DNA of 64,000 nucleotides from Octopus sinensis. Lineage: Eukaryota. Under the pieces are notes generated by a model. It did no database searches, was not told the DNA's origin, and worked only from the letters and a program-made list of their open reading frames with translations. The position numbers were made by a program, and so were the translations under genes. Shown here one piece after another: positions 28,470-37,817 of this stretch (positions are counted from its first letter, which is position 1; each line of letters begins with the position of its first letter). The stretch lies in NCBI RefSeq assembly GCF_006345805.1, contig NC_042999.1, forward strand, positions 142,848,001-142,912,000, given 5' to 3'.

Positions 28470-28860
28470 TAGTGGTGAGATATGACAGCAAAGAAAAGCA
28501 TACATTCACTCTCTGCATGCAATTAGACTCGGAAAGTTCGTGAGGAACCCATTGACCCAATTGCTGACTTTTCCGATAGCACACAGGTGTCAATGAATGG
28601 TTGAATGACCAAGTCCAAGCTTCTCTGCTAGTTCCTCAACAGTTACGATGATATTTTGTTCCACCAGGGTTTTCAGGATGTCCTTGTCGAGTTCTACAGA
28701 TCTTTCAGGATGAGGCTCGTCTTCTAGGCTGTAGTTTATGGCTCGGGATTTCTGGAACCACCATTGACACTGCCTTACGCTTATTGTCCAATCCCCATAT
28801 ACTGCATTAATATTCTTGTACTTTGCACACATTTATATTCTGTTATTCTTTTATATGTTT
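28470..28860 (-). mobile_element. mariner transposase N-terminal fragment
   Basis: NINAVYGDWTISVRQCQWWFQK...SLEDEPHPER...TVEELAEKL...STIH matches the Mos1/SETMAR-type HTH domains. Confidence 0.8.
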
Positions 28861-28889
28861 CAGCCTTGAGGTTGTGGCCATGCTGGATC

Positions 28890-29215
28890 ATGTGTGTGTG
28901 TGTGTGTGTGTGTGTGTCTATCTGTCTGTCTGTCTGTATGTATATATGTATATGTATGTGTGTGAACAATAATATTTTCAACAGATGTGTTGCAAATGTA
29001 TCTGATTGTTCTCAAGCTTCAATACTGTGTGTGTGTGTATGTGTGTGTGTATGTATGTATGTATATGTATGTATGTATGTATGTATATGTATGTATGTAT
29101 GTATGTGTGTATGTATGTATGTATGTGTGTGTGTATGTATGTGTGTGTGTATGTGTGTGTATGTATGTATGTATGTATGTATGTATGTATGTATGTATGT
29201 ATGTATGAGTGTATG
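28890..29215. repeat. (TG)n/(TATG)n compound microsatellite
   Basis: Directly visible. Confidence 0.95.
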
Positions 29216-29360
29216 TTTACTTTATTACTAATTACTCTCTTCCAAGAACATTTTCACTCACTCTTAGCTCTTAGCTTCCCATACATTTTACTCATGTATC
29301 TATCAGCGTCATAGACAGAATACTTTCACTTTAGTCTTCCTCAAATCACTCTGTCGCTAT

Positions 29361-29893
29361 TTACTTTCATTTTATTCGTTGCCCACTGTGTGTGTGCGTT
29401 TGCGTGTGGTGTAAACCAGACTAAGAAAAGCATTTGACACACACACCAGAATGTGAGTTTTCTGTAAATTTTGCTTAATTGGAGTTTAAATTTTAAAACT
29501 GGACCTGGCATGACGCGATGCATTGTACTCTTAAAAATGCTAGGTAAATTGTAATTGAAGAAATGCTATATTGTAGATTTGTATAACTCCCAAAGGGAGG
29601 CAGATAAAATCTGCCTTTTATAATCTCTTATTATAAAAGGCAGATTTTATCTGCCTCCCTTTGGGAGTTATACAAATCTACAATATAGGATTTCTTCAAT
29701 TACAATTTACCTTGCATTTTAAGAGTACAATGCATCGCGTCATGCCAGGTCCAGTTTTTAAAATTTAAACTCCAGTTAAGCAAAATTTACAGAAAACTCA
29801 CATTCTGGTGTGTGTGTCAAATACTTTTCTTAGTCTGGTTTACAGCACACGCAAACGCACACACACAGTGGGCAACGAATAAAATGAAAGTAA
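29361..29893. repeat. 533-bp near-perfect palindrome (about 264-bp arms, 5-nt loop CTCTT at 29625-29629)
   Basis: Arms are reverse complements with only a handful of differences. Confidence 0.95.
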
Positions 29894-30059
29894 TTGACTT
29901 ACTGTAGTGAGTGATTCTTTCACTCTGCCTCCCACTTCCTCTTTCCACACAGACACGCAAATATATAAATAAAATTGTAAGCTAACGTGCGTGTGTGTGA
30001 GTGGGTGTGTGTGGGTGTGCGCATGTGTGTGTGTGTGTGTGTGAGGGTGCGTGTGTGTG

Positions 30060-30315
30060 AAGGTGTGATTTGGGGGAAATTTGGCTGCTATTTCTACCAG
30101 GTCTAGCTGCCATGTAGGGGTCTCCCTCATAGGCTCATACATACATATATACATAGATAAGACAGTAAGGTGTGATTTGGGGGAAATTTGGCTGCTATTT
30201 CTACCAGGTCTAGCTACCATGTAGAGGTCCCCCTCATTGGCTCATATATATATACATACATAAGACAGTAAGGTGTGATTTGAGGGAGATTTGGCTGCTG
30301 TTTCTACCAGGTCTG
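30060..30315. repeat. Three tandem ~105-bp units
   Basis: aaggtgtgatttgggggaaatttggctgctatttctaccaggtct at ~30060, ~30167 and ~30270. Confidence 0.85.
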
Positions 30316-30677
30316 TTAGGCCTTCTCATGTAAACTCAAGCTTTCTCATGCCTTCAACATAAGACCAAAGCAGAGAATGTATTCTTTTATTCTTCTGCTT
30401 TTTCCAGCCATTGGTCTGTGGCCATGCTGGGGCAATGCCTTGAAGAATTGTAGTTTAATGAATCAACTCCAGTTTTATTTTTGTAAGCATTGTACTTATT
30501 CTATGTTTCCTTTGTCAAACCACTAGGTGACAGGGATGTAAACAAACCAACATTCGTTGTCAAGCAGTGGTGGAGGACAATCACAAGCACAGACACGCAC
30601 ACACACACACATACATGCATACACATATACACACATACATACATACATACATATATATATATGTGTGTATATATATA

Positions 30678-30936
30678 TTGCAGCGTGGAAGGTGTTTGTA
30701 AGCCATTTAAGAAACACACAAAAACCGTTACATTCACTTCAACATTTAAATTTAATTTGCCAAAATATTTTCGTCGCTTTCAGACCGCGACCTGTTCACT
30801 GACAAAAATATCGTGCTAACAGGTCGCGGTCTCAAAGCGACGAAAATATTTTCACAAATTAAATTTAAATGTTGAAGTGAATCTAACGGTTTTTGTGTGT
30901 TTCTTAAATGGCTTATAAACACCTTCAACGCTGCAA
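30678..30936. repeat. Inverted repeat (~118-bp arms), probably a Penelope-like pseudo-LTR fragment in a (TA)n tract
   Basis: ttgcagcg...gaccgcgacctgtt versus aacaggtcgcggtc...cgctgcaa; flanked by TA repeats. The inverted repeat is seen directly; the PLE assignment is inference. Confidence 0.7.
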
Positions 30937-31102
30937 CTGTTTTCGTTCCAGCACACGATCTCAGATCAAGTCACTTGCTATGCAAGTACATCTCTGTAAC
31001 TATATATATATTTATATATATATATATATATATGTATATTGGTAAAAACAGTAAGATAACAAAAGAAAGAAAGAGACCTCAATATTATGTAAATAGAGGA
31101 AA

Positions 31103-31497
31103 TCTTTATATATAAAAGTGAGGTTGTGTGTCTGTCTCCTACGATTTAGATTCCTAACTACTCCCACATTTTGCGGTGCAGTTTAACCAAAACCGGGTAT
31201 CTTATAGTCGTGATTCATATCGAGACCGTCTGGGTATTAGCGCGCGTCTACGATGAGTCTACGATTTAAAAAAAAATTTACCATCAATTTTTCCCATTTT
31301 TAATCCATTTTTGACATATATAAGGGAAGTAACTCTCTAAAATTTATTATTAAATCTCAGAACGTAAAAAGCTACAGTAACACCCCTCCCCCTTTGTGGT
31401 TAGCCATATTGAGATGGCTATTATACTTTACATCTCTAAAAATGCTTATATAATTATTTCCCTTACAAACCCGAGCAACGCCGGGCGATACTGCTAG
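31103..31497 (+). mobile_element. Non-autonomous Helitron
   Basis: A|TCTTTATATATAAAA start; 3' hairpin cccgagcaacgccggg then gatactgCTAG|T. Confidence 0.85.
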
Positions 31498-31648
31498 TAA
31501 GAGATAAAACAATGAAAAACTCCCAAAAGGGGGAGACGTTTCGAAAGGTTCCTGGTGGAAAAACCCTACAAAAGCCAACGGGAGCCTGGTCAAAAAAGGG
31601 GTGTAGAGAGTCCCCTTTTTTTTCTCCTTTTGTATTACCTTTTTGAAA

Positions 31649-34600
31649 TCACAGGCGAAACCTGAGAACTGGTCCATTTATACAGGCCAGTCTTGCACAA
31701 TTCACCCACCTTTCATAAAACTTGCTATCGGACAGCACTTTCCTCTCTAACCTCATTTTCCTTTTCAAGTGAAACTTGAAAAAGTTGATGAGGCCTTGAC
31801 CAAAGAGGAAAGTGTCTGTCTTTAGCCCTTTCAAACGAGTCCACCACACGACCTCTTTCGCCACAGCCACTAGGCACAAGAAAACGGCCTCGCCCTCCTT
31901 GTTAAAGGAGGTCGGCGGGGCAATCTTCACTATGGATTCGGCCGATAGTCGGATCCGTCCTACACGTGACAGTAGCTGTTCGACATAAACCCATATTTCA
32001 GCAATACTCGGGCACTGAACGAGTGCGTGCAGAACGGTTTCGTCGTCCTGGCAACACCTCGGGCAGGCCCGGCTGACGGCACTTCCGTGCCGGTAGAGTT
32101 TATCTCGAACAGGCAGAGCCCCTCGGTAGCACTGCCAGGCGAGAGACCTCTGGAAATTATCCATCGGCCCCGGCCCGAAAGTCCTCCCGAACAGACCGCA
32201 CAGTTCGTCATCTTCAACGCCTAGAGTTTCCCCGAGAACGTCGTCGCATTTTTCCTCCACTAACCCTCTATAGAAAGCTAGAGTGGAGCTGTAACCAATC
32301 GCATTGCCCGCCTGACGGAGGGCGGAGAGGGCTTGACAGCACTCGAGGTGCCAAGCGCCCTTTCTCGGTCTACGTTTGATCCAGGTCTGCAGCTCCGTCA
32401 AAGAGACGAGCTGCGGAAAATCGCGTCTGACAAAAGACGACCACACCTGTTTACCGTCTAGGAAGCGCTTGAGATGCCGCAGCCTGAGCGCATGTCTGCG
32501 CAACAGCAACCACGGCATTCCAAGGCCTCCGTTCAGCGGTCGTTGACAGCAGATGGATCGCCTGACCAGTGGCACCTGACCCTTCCACAAAAAGTCGAAG
32601 AGCAGGCGTACCAGCTTGGCCAACCAGCGGTCGGGACAAGGGACGACGGTCAAGCGGTAATAGATGACGGACGCGATGTACGCATTCGCCACCTCTGCTC
32701 GACCTTTCAGGGACAGCTTCCTCTCGGCCCATTTCTGGGTGAGACGTGCCACCCTGCTCGTCACCTCTTCCCAGTTCTTATCCACCTGGAGGTCCGGACC
32801 GAACCAGACCCCACGCAGTTTAATTGGTCCGTCTGTCCAGCGCCCTACGACGCTGTTGGACGGCATGGGCTTGCCTCTCCAGGTGCCCAGCTGCAAGCCC
32901 ACAGACTTTTCCGCGTTAATCTTTGCCCCTGTCACCGCTTCGTACTGGTTTAGCGTCTTGCCAATCAGGCCAATGTGCCTGTGGCTCGACACCACCACGG
33001 TGACGTCGTCGGCATAAGCAGACACGCTGTTTCCGCCTCCTAGATCGCGCCGGATACCCCTCAAAGCCTCCAACTTGCGCAGTAATGGCTCGAGAGTCAA
33101 AATGTACAAGAGGGAGGAGTGAGGGCATCCTTGGCGGACCGAACGTGAGATGTCGAACGGTTCCGAAAGGTGACCGTTCACCCATATCACCGAGCAGATG
33201 TTGCTGTATAAAGCAGCGATCCACCCGCGGAAGACTGGACCGAAGCCGGCTGCCCTGAGGACAGCTGCCAGGTACCGATGGTCGACCCTATCGAAGGCTT
33301 TACTCTGATCCAAGTTGATCAAAGCCCCACCCACGCCAGCGTCGTTACCCACCCTCTCTATGATGTCGCGCATGAGATGGAGGTTGTCGTGTATCGACCT
33401 GGTCGGCACGGCGCATGTCTGCGTCTTGCCGACCAGCTTGTCCACGACAAGCGCCAATCTCTTGGCTAGCACCTTGGCCAAAATCTTCAACTCTGCATTG
33501 AGCAGAGTGATGGGCCGGAAATTCCCTATAACGTCCCCCTTGTTTGGGTCCTTCTTTAGTAAAGCCACCACCCCTCGACAGACAAAAGCAGGAATTCTCC
33601 CGTTTTGCTGCCAGTTGCAGTAGACGTTTGCCAACAGGTCCGCAAACAAGTCTGGCATTGAAAAGTAAAGCTTGTAGGGCAGACCATCCAAACCCGGCGA
33701 TCTACCTCTCGTGCAACTCTTCATCGCTTCCTGTACTTCCCAGGCAGATATCGGTCCTTCGCAGCACTCTGCCTCACTGTCCGAGAGTTGCGGTAGGCCG
33801 TCCAGGTACACACCGAAGTCTGCACCGTTGTCCGTTCCACCGCTCGTCCCAAACAGTTGAGCAAAGTGCCGCTGAAGCACCGTACACATCTGCTTCGGTT
33901 GGGTAACCTCGTGCCCGTTCTGGTCCACCAAAGACCGAATGGTTGCTCTGTTGCCTCGCTTCGCCTCCACCACGCGGGCCCATCGAGCGGCTCTAGTCCC
34001 CTCCCCGCTTAGCGAACGTGCCTTAGCTCTGACAACAGCAGCCTTCGTGTTTGGCGTCGAAGTGTTGGTCGAGGGCCAACCTTGCCGCCAACACGTCGGT
34101 CGCGATGCCAGTGTCAAGAGCCTCGTCTAGTTTCTTAACTAAATCCCGCTCTCTCTTCCTACGTTCAATAGCTAGAGTCTTACTATACCTAATCGACTCT
34201 ACTCTAATTGCTCTCTTGAGGGCAAACCACCAGTTGTTGATGATTGCCCCCGTGAGCGCCCGCTTAACTAGTAAACTAATCCGGTCTCTGTAAGCTTTGC
34301 ACGCCGTTAACGACGCGTTCAGCTTCCAGTAGCCGGGTCCCTGTCTATGTAGCCTATCTAAGTCGACCGTACAGATCACTAATTTGTGGTCCGTATATTT
34401 GACTAGGTGGAATTGTGGACACCCTACACTGTCCTTATCCGCTGGCCTACAAAACACTCTATCTAAGTACGATCTAGACGACCTGATGCGGTTTGTCCAA
34501 GTCCACATTGGCACATTCGGGTTGTCTAGTCGAAACCTGTCGGACAGCTGAAAGCGGCCGAGTAGGTTGGCGAGGCTCTTGCACCTTCCCCCTCTCCTAT

Positions 34601-35078
34601 CAGACGCTCCCCTGCCCACCCGATCGAAACGTTCGTCTAAGACAGCGTTCCAATCCCCAACTAGCACTAGAGTGCGTGACGTTCCCAGGAAAACTTCCAG
34701 ACGTTTGAAATAATCCGACTGCCCTGCTCCTGTTGGAGCGTAGGCAGCCAGCAGTCTGAAAGCACCGCCGTCACTACCGTCCACGTCGAGGACCACCAAC
34801 TTACCTTCCGGATCCAAGAAGACTGTCCTTATTTTCAGGTCCAGGCCCTTCCGAAACAACACCGCAGTACCACCACCGCCCGCTCTCGGCCGACACGGAG
34901 ATAGAAATATCTCGTATCCGCCGAAAAGGGCTGCGAGTTCCTGCGGGTCGGAGAGCCTGGTTTCACTGATGGCTGCTACATCCACATCATGAAACCTCAG
35001 GTCGTTTAACAGGTGACCCTGTTTCCAAGGTGACCCGAGGCCTCTCACATTCAAGCAACCGATTCTAAGATTTGCCAT
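31649..35078 (-). pseudogene. Tx1/L1-like ORF2 (APE endonuclease + reverse transcriptase + C-terminal Cys motif), split by one frameshift near 34037
   Basis: EN: LNVRGL, ISETRL, VGDWNA, SYLDRVF, TDH, GPGYWKLN. RT: SPGLDGLP, NFRPITLLN, LDQSKAFDRV, RQGCP, YADD. C-terminal CPRC...ETVLHALVQCP. Deleting one base in ggc tgc tgt tgt restores ...EGCVVRAKARS. Confidence 0.92.
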
Positions 35079-35363
35079 GTTTCAAAAGTTAGGAAAAAAA
35101 AAGGAGAAAAAAGGCTCTACTTACTGTTGTTGGTGGTGGGGGTGGCTCCCTTGTGCTTTTGCACGGGTGCTTCCACAATGTTTTTATAAAGTTTCTTCGA
35201 GAAACTTTTCCCTAGCGATCCCACATCGTTAGGGAATATTTGTTTGATTTCATCATATGTTTTTGCATTTATTTTTATTGTGAGAATGTGTGCTGGTGGT
35301 GTGTTTTGTGTTGGTATGATGAAATCGTTATATTTGTACTAGTTTTGTTTTTTAAGTACTCCA

Positions 35364-36548
35364 CTAGTTTTTGGTTCTTTGTGTTTTTGATGTAATGTGT
35401 CTGTGTGTGTTGTGTGTGTGGCAGTGGCAGTAGTGGTGTCGAAAATGTTGTTGTTGTTGTTGTTGTTGTGAATGTGTGTTGTTGTTGTTGTTGTTGTTGA
35501 TGTTTGGAAGCACTATTTGTTCGTGCTTCCCCTGTAAATCTCTTTGTTTTTTCCTCCTTTTCTTCTTTGGAGGCACTATACTCCATTCTCCTTTGTTGGA
35601 ATCAGAGCTCGCACAATCCGACTCTTCATCTGGCAAAGGAATGGTTGAGGGGTCTGCTTCAGTAGCAGGACGAAAGGTTTTTGGTTCCGCCGCTGCTCCT
35701 GTTGCTGTTGATGTTGCTGCTGTCGACCTTCGAGGTACTGGTGTCGGTGTTGGTTTGGTGGTGGTTGTTGTTGTTGGAGGTGGTGTTGTTCGTCTTGGTG
35801 CTGGTGATGGTGTTGGTGGTGTGGCAGCCTTTGGTGTTTCTTGCTGTTTTTGTTGTTTCTGTTGTTGTTGTTGTTGTTGTTGTTGTTGCTGCCTCTTGCT
35901 GAAAGCCTCCATCCTCTTTTTGTGAATGGGGCAGTCCCTCTTTAAGTGGCTTTCGCTGCTGCAGAGGAAACATTTTGGCTTTCGCCCCTCCACAGCAACG
36001 TTTAGCCTGGTGCCGTCCGGCAAACTTACGAAATCAGGGACTTTACTGATATTTTCTTGCTGAATTTGCGCAAGAAGCAGCACTCCCATCCCCAACCAGT
36101 TTTTCGCCCTCACTCTCCTGACATCCAGAATGGTGGTAGTGTCCTCTATATCATAGAGGACAGCTGCCACCAGCCATGACATATCTAGCTCAGGGGGGGC
36201 GAGGTCGATTTTTATTTTTGTTACTCTTCGCCCGAGGTGGGTTGGAACTAGTAACAAATTCTCAGTTTGCAAGGGCGAACGCCATTTCGCCCTTGCAAGC
36301 TCCTCTGTTGGGAAGCGAACCTCCACGGTTCCGAAACGCTTCCCCTTGGTTACGTAGCTCTTTTGGGCCCAAATGGGCTTTAGAGCTATCTCTAACTGTT
36401 GGGGTGTGGCATTTGTCATTTTTTTTAGTTTTCTATCGAAAACTTTGTATATGATTGTTTTCTTGTTTGTGCTTTCAATCACCTCTTGTGGAGTATTGAG
36501 GAAGATGCCGTTGCCATCCTTCCTTAACAACTCCTTCGCTCTTTTCAC
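35364..36548 (-). CDS. Tx1/L1-like ORF1 (gag-like nucleic-acid-binding protein); true termini probably extend further through frameshifts
   Basis: 394-aa ORF with zinc knuckle CFLCSSESHLKRDCP, polyQ, Pro/Thr-rich tract and basic KKKRRKK; lies upstream of ORF2. Confidence 0.8.
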   Translation of the reverse strand: MKRAKELLRKDGNGIFLNTPQEVIESTNKKTIIYKVFDRKLKKMTNATPQQLEIALKPIWAQKSYVTKGKRFGTVEVRFPTEELARAKWRSPLQTENLLLVPTHLGRRVTKIKIDLAPPELDMSWLVAAVLYDIEDTTTILDVRRVRAKNWLGMGVLLLAQIQQENISKVPDFVSLPDGTRLNVAVEGRKPKCFLCSSESHLKRDCPIHKKRMEAFSKRQQQQQQQQQQQKQQKQQETPKAATPPTPSPAPRRTTPPPTTTTTTKPTPTPVPRRSTAATSTATGAAAEPKTFRPATEADPSTIPLPDEESDCASSDSNKGEWSIVPPKKKRRKKQRDLQGKHEQIVLPNINNNNNNNTHSQQQQQQQHFRHHYCHCHTHNTHRHITSKTQRTKN

Positions 36549-37156
36549 ATCTTCTAGAGTTATCTTAACTTCCTCCGAAATTTGCTTCGCAGCAGAAGCA
36601 AAATTGTTGGAAGTTTTTTCATTTTTCTCCGTGTCAATGTTTGTAATAATTTTTGTAATTGTTTTTCTTCCTCCTCCTTCCGTACCAAAGCATTGGTGAA
36701 GGCAGAGGGGGAAAATCGGGAATTACGTCGAACGCGACGTCCTGGCTTGCATTCTCCTTTCGAATGGAGCGCGTGCTCTCCGGTTCGGAAGGAGGATCTT
36801 TGTTGCCTTTTAAGGCGTGAAGTGGGTGTTTTGGCGAGTTTGTGTGTTTTGCGGAGGGAATGTATCTTGAAGGAAGGAACAGCCAACTGTTCGCTTCATA
36901 GCCATGTTTTTTTTTGTAATATTCAAAATGTTTAAAATGTCAAATGTTCAAAATTTCAAAACGTAATTTCACCCCGAATGGGGCAAAATTTCGCCCAACC
37001 AACGAGCTCCGCAAGAAGCCGGTCGGTTTGGCTACAAAAATATTAAAAAATATCAAAACTTATCAATAGATTTCCAATGAAATTGGTGCCAAATTCACGG
37101 AGCCTTTTCAGACACGTCCATCGGCGTTGGAAGGAATAATAATAATAATAATAATA

Positions 37157-37756
37157 AATGCCCTGATGTAGTACCAGACAGTGGCTCTCATGGCTTCTGA
37201 TCTTACCTGATTGGAAGTGTTATCATGTACATTGTTTTGTCTTGGTATAAAAGATGGGCTACAGCAAATTAACTGCTCAATACCACAGATTTGCTTGTCA
37301 GTTGTTTGACCTTAACCAGTTTAGCATGTCCCTTAGTGGCTGACGATATGTGCATCACTAATCCCGAGTATATGTGGTGGGGGAGCATCAAAGCCATGTG
37401 TTGAAAGGAATTCTTAGAGGTTGGATAATTCACATTTGGAAACATGGGTGGTTTGTTCAACATCCTTAAGTGATCCTTATTCAGGGACCTTTTGAGTGGG
37501 ATGGGCTACTCGACCGGAAGAAAATTCTAACTGGGCCTCACCTGCAAGGTCATGCGCTTTTTATCTTGATATGAGATCACCAAGTCGTGCACATATGACT
37601 GTGATGCAAATGTCTGGTGTACCCTTGCCAGACGGGTAGTCATGATGGGTATACTGGGGTAAAATATACGAAGCCCAGTATACCCATCATGACTACCCGT
37701 ATATTTTACCCCAGTGTCACTTTGATGGCATGCACTGCTCTCTCACTCAATAATAA
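37157..37756 (+). mobile_element. Non-coding retroposon-like element ending in an (AAT)n tail
   Basis: Bounded by (AAT)n on both sides and followed by (AAG)n; no ORF; contains an internal template-switch inversion. Confidence 0.5.
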
Positions 37757-37817
37757 TAGAAGAAGAAGAAGAAGAAGAAGAAGAAGAAGAAGAAAGAAGA
37801 AGAAGAAGAAGAAGAAG

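Larger units (their letters stand above)
27688..37134 (-). mobile_element. Near full-length Tx1/L1-clade LINE; 3' UTR interrupted by the 27820-31497 cassette
   Basis: ORF1 with CCHC knuckle plus ORF2 with APE and RT; GC-rich relative to the host; 5' end abuts (AAT)n at 37135; putative 3' end with AATAAA abuts (AAT)n at 27687. Confidence 0.85.

Noticed and set aside
28764-29314. Cys/Val/Met/Tyr-rich ORFs (also at 7119-7392, 30490-30819 and 51395-51831)
   Set aside because: Translations of (TG)n/(TATG)n microsatellites.
30060-30315. Repeat-spacer pattern resembling a CRISPR array
   Set aside because: Eukaryotic context, the spacers are themselves homologous, and there are no cas genes; it is a simple tandem duplication.
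32027-33906. Multiple overlapping sense and antisense ORFs within the Tx1 RT region
   Set aside because: Expected shadow ORFs in GC-rich coding DNA; no recognisable motifs.
34023-34117. Overlap of the EN and RT ORFs as a programmed frameshift
   Set aside because: There is no slippery heptamer, and removing one base restores a normal continuous ORF2, so this is a mutation or sequencing error.
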